Positions 1 through 12,959 of a DNA stretch of 64,000 bases are shown piece after piece. The DNA is from Neocallimastix sp. 'constans' (Eukaryota): contig JBODTK010000128.1 in NCBI GenBank assembly GCA_050613775.1, forward strand, positions 1 to 64,000, written 5' to 3'. Both the position numbers and the translations under genes were made by a program. The notes under the pieces were generated by a model. The model was not told the origin of the DNA. It made no database searches and was given only the letters and a program-made list of their open reading frames with translations. Positions within the stretch are counted from its first letter, which is position 1. The number at the start of each line of letters is the position of its first letter.

Positions 1-476
1 ATTTTCAAGATGATTATGTAATCTTTCATATTTTAAAATTTCCTTCTTATTGTTTTAAATAATGAAAGATTTAATATTTATTTAAAGTTTTATATTCAGT
101 ACATCTATATACTTAGGAATTATCTCTTTTTCTTTAGATAAAAAATTAAATTTATATTTTTTGTTAAAAATAATTTGTTTTTTTGCTCAATTAGTTTCAC
201 TTATTTCAGTATATATATTTTATTCCATTTATAATAAAATATTAAATATTTAAATAAATATTTTTAATTATATATGTTTTGGATAAAAATCTTTTAATAA
301 ATATTTTTGTTTTATAATTTTTAAAGAAAAAAGTTTTTCTTTATTATTTGTTATTAATATAAAGTTATTTATTATTTACTTTATTTATAATAAATAAATT
401 AGTTTTAATAATATATATATATATATATTTAATTATAAGTGCTTTTAAGAAAATGTTTTATATTTTATGTATTAGA

Positions 477-905
477 TTTTTTTTTTATTTCTTATTGCCG
501 CAAATAAAGCGAACTTTAATTTATTTATTTATTCAATTATTAATTACATGAATATTTTTTACATTACAAAAAAAAACATGGAATTAATAGAAAAAAATAA
601 ATATTATTTATCCAATTAGAACATAATAATATTTAAAATAATAACGTGAAATAAAAAGTAATATTCAAAATTAAAGTGTATAATTAAATTCAGAAAAAAG
701 TTCATATGCAACTAACCTCATTTCCTTATGGATTAGGGTTTGAATTGACTATCTGAAAGAAATTTTGATCTTCTCCTTTAGAGGCATTGGCCCTGCTAGC
801 CTTTCTAATTGCATTTTCAGCTTTGACGCTCCTGATTAGTTTGAGCTTATATTTTTCGAATAGTAACCTTTGTTGAATACTAGCCCAAGGCATAATTTTA
901 TACAC
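477..905 (-). mobile_element. Degenerate 3' end of a LINE (family C relic)
   Basis: A T-tract is followed by sequence shared with the relic at 32027-32750 (TTCATATGCAA, GGATTAGGGTTTGAATTGACTATCT, CCCTGCTAGCCT). It also resembles the 3' end of the LINE ORF at 7755 (GCATTGACGCTC-like). No intact ORF. Confidence 0.65.
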
Positions 906-1189
906 TAAAAATAAATGTGTTGTGCATTTCCCAATGTGGCTTAAATTTTTTTAATTAATTGCCACATTATATAATTTGTTTAACCAATAAATAATAAATT
1001 AATAATTAAATAAATAATTAGATAAATAATAAAAATATTAAATAGATTATCAATGAATGTGGTTCATTTCGCCAATTTTTAAAATACAAATTTTCAATAC
1101 GCCATTTATTTTTAATGGCTTGTAAAATTTTTTGTTAACGCCATAAAAAATTATAATAAAATTAATTTTAAAATAAATAAATGTATAAA

Positions 1190-3270
1190 TTAATAAATAA
1201 ATAGATAAATAAATAAAGAATATAATAATAAAAATATATAAAATAAAATAAAATAAAATAAATAGAATATGAATATAAAGTACAGATTAAATAAAATAAA
1301 ATAATATAAAATAAAATAAAATAAATAGTAGAATATGAATATAAAGTACATATTTAATAAAATAAAATAAAATAAATAGTAGAATATGAATATAAAGTAC
1401 ATATTTAATAAAATAAAATAAAATAAATAGTAGAATATGAATATAAAGTACATATTTAATAAAATAAAATAAAATAAATAGTAGAATATGAATATAAAGT
1501 ACATATTTAATAAAATAAAATAAAATAAATAGTAGAATATGAATATAAAGTACATATTTAATAAAATAAAATAAAATAAATAGTAGAATATGAATATAAA
1601 GTACATATTTAATAAAATAAAATAAAATAAATAGTAGAATGTGAATATAAAGTACATATTTAATAAAATAAAATAAAATAAAATAAATAGTAGAATATGA
1701 ATATAAAGTACATATTTAATAAAATAAAATAAATAGTAGAATGTGAATATAAAGTACATATTTAATAAAATAAAATAAAATAAAATAAATAGTAGAATGT
1801 GAATATAAAGTACATATTTAATAAAATAAAATAAAATAAAATAAAATAAATAGTAGAATGTGAATATAAAGTACATATTTAATAAAATAAAATAAAATAA
1901 ATAGTAGAATATGAATATAAAGTACATATTTAATAAAATAAAATAAAATAAATAGTAGAATATGAATATAAAGTACATATTTAATAAAATAAAATAAAAT
2001 AAATAGTAGAATGTGAATATAAAGTACATATTTAATAAAATAAAATAAAATAAAATAAATAGTAGAATATGAATATAAAGTACATATTTAATAAAATAAA
2101 ATAAATAGTAGAATGTGAATATAAAGTACATATTTAATAAAATAAAATAAAATAAAATAAAATAAAATAAAATAAAATAAATAATGAAGTAATATAAAAG
2201 AATAAAGTATTAATAAAAATAAAATAAAATAAAATAAAATAAAATAAAATAAAATAAAATAAAATAAAATAAATAGTAGAATATTAAATATAAAGTACAG
2301 ATTGAATAAAATAAAATAAAATAAATAAAATAAAATAAAATAAAATAAAATAAAATAAAATAAAATAAAATAAATAGTGAAGTAATATAAAAGAATAAAG
2401 TATTAATAAAAATAAAATAAAATAAAATAAAATAAATAGTAGAATATTAAATATAAAGTACAGATTGAATAAAATAAAATAAAATAAATAAAATAAAATA
2501 AAATAAAATAAAATAAAATAAAATAAAATAAAATAAAATAAATAGTGAAGTAATATAAAAGAATAAAGTATTAATAAAAATAAAATAAAATAAAATAAAA
2601 TAAAATAAAATAAATAGTAGAATATTAAATATAAAGTACAGATTGAATAAAATAAAATAATATAAAATAAAATAAAATAAATAGTAGAATATGATTATAA
2701 AGTACAAATTTAATAAAATAAAATAAAATAAATAGTAGAATGTGAATATAAAGTACATATTTAATAAAATAAAATAAAATAAATAGTAGAATATGAATAT
2801 AAAGTACATATTTAATAAAATAAAATAAATAGTAGAATGTGAATATAAAGTACATATTTAATAAAATAAAATAAATAGTAGAATGTGAATATAAAGTACA
2901 TATTTAATAAAATAAAATAAAATAAATAGTAGAATATGAATATAAAGTACATATTTAATAAAATAAAATAAAATAAATAGTAGAATATGAATATAAAGTA
3001 CGTATTTAATAAAATAAAATAAAATAAATAGTAGAATATGAATATAAATTACAGATTGAATAAAATAAAATAAAATAAAATAAAATAATATAAAATAAAA
3101 TAATATAAAATAAAATAAAATAAAATAAAATAAAATAAAATAAAATAAAATAAAATAATGAAGTAATATAAAAGAATAAAGTATTAATAAAAATAAAATA
3201 AAATAAATAGTAGAATATTAAAAATAAAGTACAGATTGAATAAAATAAAATAAAATAAAATAAAATAAAT
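1190..3270. repeat. ~50-60 bp minisatellite inside the MULE
   Basis: Tandem units of (AATAA)n-ATAGTAGAAT(A/G)TGAATATAAAGTACATATTT with variable AATAA number. It generates the spurious F/Y/I/L ORFs at 1190-2855. Confidence 0.95.
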
Positions 3271-3725
3271 ATCTATTATTAATTTTTATTAGAGAATATT
3301 AAAGATCAATGTTTTCGAAATGAAAATTTTTTACATTTTTATTATATTCAATTAATGATGTAGTTTAATATTATTGGTAGTTAATAATCTCATTAAATAT
3401 AAATGATTTTTTGCTTTCTAACATATATAATTAAATAAAACATTTTATTTTTAAAAATAAATTGTCTTTAATATTCTTTAATAAAAAAAAATAATAAATA
3501 TTTATTTTATTATATATACTTGTACTTTTATAATATTACATTTAATATTTATTTTATTTTATATACTTGTACTTATATTATTACATTCTTTATTTATTTA
3601 TTTATTTATTTATTTTACAAATAATTGAAAAACTAATTTTTCAAAATTAATATTACGAATAATATTGGATAATTAATATAATAATTATAATTATATAATT
3701 AAAAAATATTTATAAAAATATAGAA

Positions 3726-5124
3726 ATGGAAGAAAATTTAATTATTGATATAAGTGAATCCAACAAAGGAAAAGAACAAATTATTATTAATAAAAAATAT
3801 AAATTTAATTTTTCATATAAAAGAAAAGATAATTCCAAAGTGTATAAATGTACAGAATATAAAAAAATAAATAAATGTAAATCTTTTATTATTTTAAATG
3901 ATAAGAAAGAATTTTTAAAGTATAATAGTTCACATAATCATCCTGAAAATGAATACGATGTATCCCTATCTATAATGAAACATAAAATTAAAGATGGAAT
4001 TGAAAAAAGTTCAATTCCTTTTGGTATAAAAATAAAACCCCTATATAATAAAATTTCTAAAGAAATGGGACTTATATGTCCAGAATATAATTCAATTAAA
4101 TCCCAAATATCAAGAAATTTAAATAAAAAACTACCATCCAATGTAACAACATTTGCTGAAATTCCAAGTGAATCTGAATATTATAAAACAAAGCGAGGTG
4201 AAAATTTTATGATATTCAAAAATTCTAATTTAATAATTTTTCAATCCCCTTTTCAAGCAAAATTATTTAGGGAATATAATGATGATATATTTGTTGATGG
4301 TACATTTTTTATTGCCCCTAAATTTAGTTATCAAGTATTTATTACAAGAACTTATGCTAAAGAATTAGATAGTTTTTACACTACTTCTTTTGCAATATTA
4401 AAAAATAAAGAACAAGAAACATATAAAATGTTATTTGAAAAATTGAAAAATTATAATTGAACCAAAAAATTTGCATTGTGATTTTGAAAGGGCCATATCT
4501 AAAGCAGCAAAAACAATATTTCCTAATACAAATATTAAATATTGCATTTGGCATTATAAAAAATCACTAGAAATTAAAAAAAATAAATTATGCTATAATG
4601 AAGTAAAAAATAATAATAATATATTTATTTATTATAAAGCTATTTCAAATTTACCATTTATAAATCCTGAATATATATTTGATATTTATGTTATAATTAA
4701 AATTAAATCCATTAAAAATAATTATTGTCAATTTTTAAAATTTTTAGAATATTTTTATAAAACATATTTAATTGATTATGATATGAAAATTTGGAATTAT
4801 TATAATAATATAGAACATATAACAAACAATGCCTCAGAATTACTCAATAATTATTTAAATAATTTATTTCCAACAAAACCATCTTTTTATGAATTAATAG
4901 ATAAATTAAATGAACTTGAACATTTATCATATTATGATTATCAAAGAAAAATAAGAGGAATTTGGAAAATAAAAAAAAGAGCAATAAATAAAGCTAATGA
5001 AATCAGTGTCTTAATTGAACGCTTCAAAAGTATTGAAGCCAAGTTAATTGATGCTAAATGTGATAGAAATAAAATTATTAATTTGTGGTTTGATTGTTTA
5101 ACTAATTTAAATAATATAATATAA
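3726..5124 (+). pseudogene. MULE transposase split by a frameshift (3726-4460 and 4471-5124)
   Basis: N-terminal FLYWCH/WRKY-like Zn finger (YKC...C...HNH) and catalytic motifs DGTF, HCDFE, CIWH and TNNASE. The two ORFs are one frame apart. The relic at 48090-48720 has extra residues at this junction, suggesting a small deletion. Confidence 0.85.
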
Positions 5125-5618
5125 ATATTACTTTATAATAAATAATTAAGAAATGAGGAATGACCAAATGAAATAATCAGAATTCTGTCATTCAATAATT
5201 TAATTTATAAAGCATATAAAATTTACACAGTTTTAATAAATATTCAAATACAATGTATAATTTATTGTTTTATCATTATAATTATTATTTCGCTTAATAA
5301 TTTTTAAAAGAAAAGAATTATTATTAATAAAATTTATATTTTTAATAACATTTGTAATTTTATATAATTTTTTATTAATAAAATTTAAATAAAAAAATTA
5401 TTATTATTAGTTTTATATTTTTAATAACATTTAAGTAAAAGAATTATTATTAATAACATTTATATTTTTATGTGTTTTTTTTATTAATAACATTTAAGTA
5501 AAATAATTAATAATATTTATATTTTTAATAACATTTAAATAAAAGAATTATTATTAAAAAAAAGAATTAAAATCAAAAAATCTAACCATTATATGATTTA
5601 TTTAATTATTCACTTAAT

Positions 5619-6826
5619 TTTTTTTTTTTTTTTTTTTTTAACGGCAGCAAACTTGTTTCATCTTTATTAATTAAATATTTGATAAAATACATGTAATAAA
5701 ATAATAAAAAAAAAGATAAAAAAATAAACAAAAAATAAAACACAAAATAAAAATAAAATAATGGTATAATATATTCTAGTTTCATTTAATTAATATTTGT
5801 AAGACTTCACAAGGGCATTATTATACTGAAGTATAATAATTAACTTTGACTTCGCAATGTTAATCATAATTTTAAGATACAAAATTATGATCTTCATTGG
5901 TTGCGCTAGCCCTGCTGGCCTGTCTTACTGTTTCTTCAGCATTGACGCTCTTGGTAGTAGTAGTACGATTCGATTTGAACCTATTGAACAAAGACCATTG
6001 CTGGCCAATAGCAATAGGTATAATCGATTGGAGAAGTGCCGCAGTAACCACTAAGAACGGAGTATCAGAATAAGCACCTGATTTCATCTGGCACTTAAAT
6101 AGATCCTTCCATTCCCTTGTACTGTTATTAATACTTCGACCTCCAAGAAGGAAATTAAACACTTTTTCACACACACTAGAATCAATATACACATTATTTT
6201 CAATACTATTACTAACATTACTAAAAATACTATTACTAATATTATTATTACTATTATAACTATTACTATTATTACTATTACTATTATCATTATTACTATT
6301 AACAATATCATTTGTTAGGTTGCCACGGTAAAAAGCATTATATAAAAATAAAATTTTATCATTAACTTTACTACGAGTATGATTGAAAAAGGGACAATCA
6401 ATTAACCAATGACTTATCCATTGTTTATTACTTTTACAACAGGGACAAAAATTAGGACACATTTGGTCCACTATTTTTGCAGCTTTAGCAATTCTAGCAT
6501 CTAATCTATATCCGCTTCGTGCTCTCAATAGCCAATAGAAACCATATGAAAGATCAGGATAGTCATAACAAAGTTTTATAAATTTTGATGTTTCTTCGAA
6601 TTTGTTTTTGTCATAAAACTCAGCTTTAATAGAATTGATTTTCATATCTCTTTTCCAATAAAAATCCTTGATTTTATTATCGTTATTACCTCTTTTCTCT
6701 AGTTTACGTTTAAGAGTTCTACTTTCTTTTGTCCATGTATATTTTCTAGATTTTGGAATATTATTAACTAAAAAGGAAATAATACAATTTGAATTTTTCC
6801 ATTTATCAAAACATTTGACCTGAGAC
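5619..6826 (-). mobile_element. 5'-truncated LINE (family A) inserted in the MULE
   Basis: Poly(A) tail (T-run 5619-5639). Essentially identical to 7491-8709. TSD ATTCACTTAAT at 5608-5618 and 6827-6837. Confidence 0.95.
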
Positions 6827-7186
6827 ATTCACTTAATAATTTATTTAAAAATTGAAATAACAAAATAATACAATAAAATAATTTTATGTAGTATAATATA
6901 GCTATAGCCACAAATTTATATATATCACGTGAAAAAATTGGCGTAATGCAACTTCCCCATTATCAATGTTTTATATAGTTATTCTCTAATATTAATATTA
7001 ATAATAAATATAACTTTATTTAATTTATAATAATAATAATAAAATTACATGATTTAAATGAAAAACAAAATACATGAAATGAAATATTATAAATTATATA
7101 ATTATTAAAGTGTGTTAAAATTAATAGTTTTTAACTTTTCCCATTCATTGATAATTACATAGAGTCCATTATATTATTATTATTAA

Positions 7187-7485
7187 TTTTTTTTTTTTAA
7201 CGGCAGCAAACTTGTTTCACCTTTATTAATTAAATATTTGAAAAAAAAATACATGTAATAAAAAGAAAAAAAAAGATAAAAAAATTAACAAAAAAAAAAA
7301 AAAAAAAACGCAAAATAAAATAAAATAATGGTATAATATATTCTAGTTTCATTTAATTAATATCTGTAAGACTTCACAAGGGCATTATCATACTGTATTA
7401 TAATAATTATTTTTGACTTCACAATGTTAATCATCATTTTAAGATACAAAATTATGATCTTCATTGGTTGCGCTAGCCCTGCTTA

Positions 7486-7490
<5 letters not shown>
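7187..7490 (-). mobile_element. Older, internally deleted LINE family A relic (continues at ~22894-22920)
   Basis: T-tract plus family-A 3' UTR with several substitutions relative to the other two copies. After the nested insertion it resumes as AACACTACTAAAAATACTCTTACTAAT, which resembles family-A internal sequence at ~8097-8123. Confidence 0.8.
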
Positions 7491-7521
<31 letters not shown>

Positions 7522-7754
7522 GGCAGCAAACTTGTTTCATCTTTATTAATTAAATATTTGATAAAATACATGTAATAAAATAATAAAAAAAAAAAAAGAT
7601 AAAAAAATAAACAAAAAATAAAACACAAAATAAAAATAAAATAATGGTATAATATATTCTAGTTTCATTTAATTAATATTTGTAAGACTTCACAAGGGCA
7701 TTATTATACTGAAGTATAATAATTAACTTTGACTTCGCAATGTTAATCATAATT

Positions 7755-10700
7755 TTAAGATACAAAATTATGATCTTCATTGGTTGCGCTAGCCCTGCTG
7801 GCCTGTCTTACTGTTTCTTCAGCATTGACGCTCTTGGTAGTAGTAGTACGATTCGATTTGAACCTATTGAACAAAGACCATTGCTGGCCAATAGCAATAG
7901 GTATAATCGATTGGAGAAGTGCCGCAGTAACCACTAAGAACGGAGTATCAGAATAAGCACCTGATTTCATCTGGCACTTAAATAGATCCTTCCATTCCCT
8001 TGTACTGTTATTAATACTTCGACCTCCAAGAAGGAAATTAAACACTTTTTCACACACACTAGAATCAATATACACATTATTTTCAATACTATTACTAACA
8101 TTACTAAAAATACTATTACTAATATTATTATTACTATTATAACTATTACTATTATTACTATTACTATTATCATTATTACTATTAACAATATCATTTGTTA
8201 GGTTGCCACGGTAAAAAGCATTATATAAAAATAAAATTTTATCATTAACTTTACTACGAGTATGATTGAAAAAGGGACAATCAATTAACCAATGACTTAT
8301 CCATTGTTTATTACTTTTACAACAGGGACAAAAATTAGGACACATTTGGTCCACTATTTTTGCAGCTTTAGCAATTCTAGCATCTAATCTATATCCGCTT
8401 CGTGCTCTCAATAGCCAATAGAAACCATATGAAAGATCAGGATAGTCATAACAAAGTTTTATAAATTTTGATGTTTCTTCGAATTTGTTTTTGTCATAAA
8501 ACTCAGCTTTAATAGAATTGATTTTCATATCTCTTTTCCAATAAAAATCCTTGATTTTATTATCGTTATTACCTCTTTTCTCTAGTTTACGTTTAAGAGT
8601 TCTACTTTCTTTTGTCCATGTATATTTTCTAGATTTTGGAATATTATTAACTAAAAAGGAAATAATACAATTTGAATTTTTCCATTTATCAAAACATTTG
8701 ACCTGAGACAAAGCACACTTAGCTGACAATGGAGGAATATGTAAATCTTTTGAAATAGAATATACATTAATAAATGATTTGGCTTTTTGTATACCTGCAA
8801 TCCATCTTAATCCTTTATTAATTAATTTCTGAGTATTATTTGTTCTCGTTTTATTCGAACCAAGTAAAGGTGCAAAGTAAGAGACTTTACTAAGTACATA
8901 AGAGTTAATTATAATCTTCTTAAATGGAATAGGAATTTTGGAATTTGAAAGAAATTTACTAACAGAAAAGAGAGCTTTAGTTACTTTAGAGTTAAGTAAT
9001 TTAATAATAGGTTTCAACGATAAGCTTTTATCAAATGGTATACCTAAATAGGTATAACATTTAGTTATTGGAATTGGTTGACCAGCAAGATAAAAAGTAG
9101 GATCTCTTTTATTTTGAAAAAGAGGTGTGTCTGGTCGAATCACCATCGTTGCACACTTATTAATTCCAAAATTCATCATATTAAATTTAGCCCATTCATT
9201 TACCTTCTTAAGCATTTTTTTCAACTTAGTTCTTGACGGTGCGCATAGAACAATATCATCTGCAAAGAGTCCACCACAACATCTAGATTCGCCTAAAGGA
9301 ATTCCAAGTTCTGAAACATCATTAAAAATGTCATTAATAAAAAGATTGAAAAGAATTGGTGATAGTGGACAACCTTGTCTAACTCCTTTCATAATATTAA
9401 AAGATTCCGAATATTGATCATCAATTTTAACACTAGCTTTGGATGTCAAATATAGATTTTTTATAAATTGATAACATTTACCTCTAATACCTAAAGCATC
9501 TAATTTATATAAAATATTACCTATTGGAACAGAATCATATGCCTTTTTTAAATCTAGAAAAGCTAGGTAAGTTTCTTTATTATCATTTTTACGCCTTTGA
9601 CAAATTTCTCGAATTGAAATAAATAAACTAACACATTCTTCTTTAGTACGAAATCCAAATTGCTCTGGCCTAATAAAATTATTTTTAAGTCCATATTCTG
9701 AAATTCTTTTGGAGACTATTTTCGAAATGAGTTTAATACCATTGTTAATCAGAGAGATACCTCGATAATTGTCACAATCAGATAGATCATCTCCTTTTTT
9801 AGGAATAGATATAATACTAGCTTCATTCCATGAGCTAGGAAATTCTCCATTCCAAATTCTTGAGTATATCTTCTGTAAACAATTTAAACCAGAAGAAGAA
9901 TTATTTACTGAATTTTCGTCATCCGGAGGAATTAAAGCTTTATAAAATTCAATAGGAATTCCATCCGGGCCTGAAGCTTTAAAATTTGGAGTAGCCAAAA
10001 TTGCTTCTCTAATTTCTTCTATACTGATGTCTTGATTTATATCCCATTCATTGTGTCTCGTATACCTAATTGTTCCATTGGAAAATTTATTATACCATTC
10101 GATTAATGCACTATTGATATCAGAATGGCTTGAAGCAAGTTTTTTATAGTGATTGTGCCATACTTCTAACTGTTCTTTAGTAGAAGTAGCTAGTTTACCA
10201 TTTTTGTCCTTTACTGGAGAATTTGACATATTTTTAAATTTATCTACTTTTGCTGTTGTTTTAAGCCATTTCCAAGCTTTCTTAGGGTTATGAGATTTCA
10301 TATATTCACATCCTGTATTAATCCAATGTTGGTATTCAGTTTTCCTATAAATATTACACATATGATGAATAATTTTGCACATTCTATTATATTTATCAAT
10401 TAATTCTTCAAATTCATCTAAATTATGATAAGAACCTCTTCTTTTAATGGATTTATATAATTTCATTTTGAGTTTTTGCAAATTAAATATTTTCTGCGAC
10501 ATATGAAAAAAAGATTTTCGAACTTCTGAAATTGACGTGATATTAAGTTCCTTAGCAATATTGAATGAAGTTGAAATAAATTTCTTTGAAATATCATCAA
10601 TACTAATATTAGGATCTGGAATCACTTCCTCTAATACACTAAAATAGTTGTTGTCAAAAATTGATTCTTTTTCATTTATACATTTTAATCTATCCCATTT

Positions 10701-12224
10701 AACTGTCTTTTTAGGCAGAGAGAAAGAATTATCTGAATTAACTGATGAAAAACATTTACCTTTTATTAATAAAGGTTTATGATCCGAAATGGGGGGAAAG
10801 TCAATAAAAGTACCATATGAAAGTAAATCTAACATATGATCATTGACAATCGCATGATCTATATCAGATTCTCTATTACCTCTACTCCATGAAATTGGGG
10901 AGCCCCATAAGGGAAGAATTTTCCAATTACTAAATTTAGAGAGCAAATTACTTAATTTCTCAGTAGGTAAATTAAAATCACCAACCAACATTGAAGGATG
11001 AGAAGAGTGACTATTTAACCAAGACAATATTTCAATTCTAGCAGCTCTAGCATGAAGGCTATGGCCACTATGAGGTACGTACACATTACCAATAGAACAT
11101 TTAGTGAAATTCCAAAAATTATAAGTATACAAGGAAATAATATACTCATAAGTGTTGTTTTCAAGAGAGGCTTGACAAGAATTATGAAACCCAATATAAA
11201 GACCTCTTTTACCGGGAATTTCATTATTAGCTTTTTTGAAGAAATGTTTGTAGTTTTTTAATGATACTCGACATGGATATTTACTGCTAGAACCTGAACC
11301 ATTTCCTGTTTCCTGAAAGCATAAGAAAAGTGGTTTGTACATTGAAATAAAGAATTCAACACTGTCTTTTTTATCAAAGTTCCATCCATTAGTATTCCAA
11401 CTGACACATAGAGAAAATTCTTTAACTGTATTATTATTAATATGAGTGTTATTAATATTATTGGAATTATTATAATTGATTGAACTGAAATTTGAATTTG
11501 AATCTGAGCTTGAAACTGAATTTAAACATAAATTTGAAATTGAACTTGAACTTGTACTTGAACTTGAACTTGAACTTGAACTTGTACTTGAACTTGTACT
11601 TGAACTTGAACTTGAAATTGTACTTGAACTTGGACTTGAACTTGAACTTGAACCTGTACTTGAACTTGTACTTAAACTTGTACTTGAACTTGAACTTGAG
11701 CTTGTACTTGAACTTGTACTTGAACTTGAACTTGAGCTTGTACTTGAACTTGAACATGAATCTGTATTTGAACTTGAATTTGAATTTTGACTTGAATCTG
11801 CATTTGAATTTGAAGTAGTGAATAAGTTGATATTATAAGATGAATTCACTTTTTCTGATAAGGCAAAATGTTTCCTTTTGAGTGAAGAAAAACTGTATTT
11901 ATGATTCCTTTTGCTACAATTAATAACGTTAATTGAAGCACGTTTGAAACTATTAACAATACAATCAGTAATAGATGTTAATTCTTCTTCATTACCTACT
12001 ATTTTAATTTTAAAGAATGCATCATTAAAATTAGCAATACGTTTAACTGATAAAACCTTATCATTTAATTCATTCAGAGTTTTCTTTAAATGTCTTCTCA
12101 TTTTGATTTCTGGCCAAGATCGAAGTCCGCGGATAAAGAGTAGTTTCGTATTCTCCATTGGTATACCGTGGCACCTTGAACCTCTTAGAATGAAATTCTT
12201 ATTTCTTATAAATTGGATTTCCAT
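7755..12224 (-). CDS. LINE polyprotein: N-terminal domain, Ser-rich linker, AP endonuclease, reverse transcriptase, C-terminal Zn finger
   Basis: 1489-aa uninterrupted ORF. APE motifs SWNTNG, LCFQET, GDFN, IDH, SDH. RT motifs GPDG, NYRGISL, QFGFR, FLDLKKAYD, GVRQGCPLSP, LFADD. C-terminal CPCC...HWLIDC. Confidence 0.97.
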   Translation of the reverse strand: MEIQFIRNKNFILRGSRCHGIPMENTKLLFIRGLRSWPEIKMRRHLKKTLNELNDKVLSVKRIANFNDAFFKIKIVGNEEELTSITDCIVNSFKRASINVINCSKRNHKYSFSSLKRKHFALSEKVNSSYNINLFTTSNSNADSSQNSNSSSNTDSCSSSSTSSSSSSSTSSSTSSSSSSSTSLSTSSSTGSSSSSSPSSSTISSSSSSTSSSTSSSSSSSSSTSSSSISNLCLNSVSSSDSNSNFSSINYNNSNNINNTHINNNTVKEFSLCVSWNTNGWNFDKKDSVEFFISMYKPLFLCFQETGNGSGSSSKYPCRVSLKNYKHFFKKANNEIPGKRGLYIGFHNSCQASLENNTYEYIISLYTYNFWNFTKCSIGNVYVPHSGHSLHARAARIEILSWLNSHSSHPSMLVGDFNLPTEKLSNLLSKFSNWKILPLWGSPISWSRGNRESDIDHAIVNDHMLDLLSYGTFIDFPPISDHKPLLIKGKCFSSVNSDNSFSLPKKTVKWDRLKCINEKESIFDNNYFSVLEEVIPDPNISIDDISKKFISTSFNIAKELNITSISEVRKSFFHMSQKIFNLQKLKMKLYKSIKRRGSYHNLDEFEELIDKYNRMCKIIHHMCNIYRKTEYQHWINTGCEYMKSHNPKKAWKWLKTTAKVDKFKNMSNSPVKDKNGKLATSTKEQLEVWHNHYKKLASSHSDINSALIEWYNKFSNGTIRYTRHNEWDINQDISIEEIREAILATPNFKASGPDGIPIEFYKALIPPDDENSVNNSSSGLNCLQKIYSRIWNGEFPSSWNEASIISIPKKGDDLSDCDNYRGISLINNGIKLISKIVSKRISEYGLKNNFIRPEQFGFRTKEECVSLFISIREICQRRKNDNKETYLAFLDLKKAYDSVPIGNILYKLDALGIRGKCYQFIKNLYLTSKASVKIDDQYSESFNIMKGVRQGCPLSPILFNLFINDIFNDVSELGIPLGESRCCGGLFADDIVLCAPSRTKLKKMLKKVNEWAKFNMMNFGINKCATMVIRPDTPLFQNKRDPTFYLAGQPIPITKCYTYLGIPFDKSLSLKPIIKLLNSKVTKALFSVSKFLSNSKIPIPFKKIIINSYVLSKVSYFAPLLGSNKTRTNNTQKLINKGLRWIAGIQKAKSFINVYSISKDLHIPPLSAKCALSQVKCFDKWKNSNCIISFLVNNIPKSRKYTWTKESRTLKRKLEKRGNNDNKIKDFYWKRDMKINSIKAEFYDKNKFEETSKFIKLCYDYPDLSYGFYWLLRARSGYRLDARIAKAAKIVDQMCPNFCPCCKSNKQWISHWLIDCPFFNHTRSKVNDKILFLYNAFYRGNLTNDIVNSNNDNSNSNNSNSYNSNNNISNSIFSNVSNSIENNVYIDSSVCEKVFNFLLGGRSINNSTREWKDLFKCQMKSGAYSDTPFLVVTAALLQSIIPIAIGQQWSLFNRFKSNRTTTTKSVNAEETVRQASRASATNEDHNFVS
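11490..11810. repeat. (GAACTT/GTACTT)n hexamer repeat encoding the LINE poly-Ser/Thr linker
   Basis: Visible tandem 6-mer that reads as SSSTSS... in the LINE frame. Confidence 0.9.
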
Positions 12225-12315
12225 AATAGTAATAAAAAACTAAAAATTAATAACTAAAAAAAAAAAAAATAAAAAAAAGTCAATTTTTATTATAAAGTCT
12301 TGAGTATAATGAGAA

Positions 12316-12959
12316 TATAACAGAATCAATAATTACAATTATTTTATTATTTTAATATTTAGTATTATTTTTCAATAAAGTTTTAAAACAAATAATTAAA
12401 TTTAAAAAATATTATTTCTGGTATAGTTGTTAGTAACTAATACCATGAATCAAACTACTTAGGGTTCGATTCATATTTATTATTATTTTATAGTTTTATT
12501 CTAAAAAATATCTAGAAGATTCTTTATAGTTCAAGAAATTACTAGAATTTCTTGATAATTCTTGTGTTTAATTAATTAAAATTTATTCTATTAAATTCTT
12601 AATTCTATTGTTTTCTATTTTTTCTAAATTTTTCGATTTTTAAGAACTTTTTAGAAACTTTTATTTTTATTTTTTAATAACTTTAACTTTTGAAAAAAAA
12701 AATATAAATATGAGTAAAATTCTTATTAACAAATATTCTTTTCTTTGTGTTTTTTATTTTAATTTTGTTTAGTTAATAAAACTTAATTTTTTAATAAAAC
12801 TTTTTTCAATATTAATACTATATCAACCCTTGCGGCTTATAGTATTATAATAAATATAATTAATAAAATAATTATAATAAAAGAAAAAAAATAAATAAAA
12901 AATAAAATAATTTTTGTTTCTTTTGAGTGTTATTATATTTATTATAATATTTTGTTATA
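12316..12959 (+). repeat. 5' LTR
   Basis: Direct repeat of 18523-19166. Termini TATAACA...TGTTATA. TATA-like TATAAATA at 12703-12710. Confidence 0.95.

Larger units (their letters stand above)
1055..6958 (+). mobile_element. Complete Mutator-like DNA transposon (MULE)
   Basis: 9-bp TSD ATTATCAAT at 1046-1054 and 6959-6967. Imperfect TIRs: left GAATGTGGTT-CATTTCGCCAATTTTT, right (reverse complement) GGGGAAGTTG-CATTACGCCAATTTTT. Contains a MULE transposase. Confidence 0.9.

Noticed and set aside
1190..2855. F/Y/I/L-rich ORFs of up to 313 aa
   Set aside because: Translations of the minisatellite. The same applies to ORFs at 28838-29420, 41848, 45416, 49093, 57736, 59904 and 62646, which are low-complexity sequence.
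11470..11818. Overlapping FKFK, ELEL and LNLN ORFs
   Set aside because: Alternative frames of the hexamer repeat in the LINE linker.
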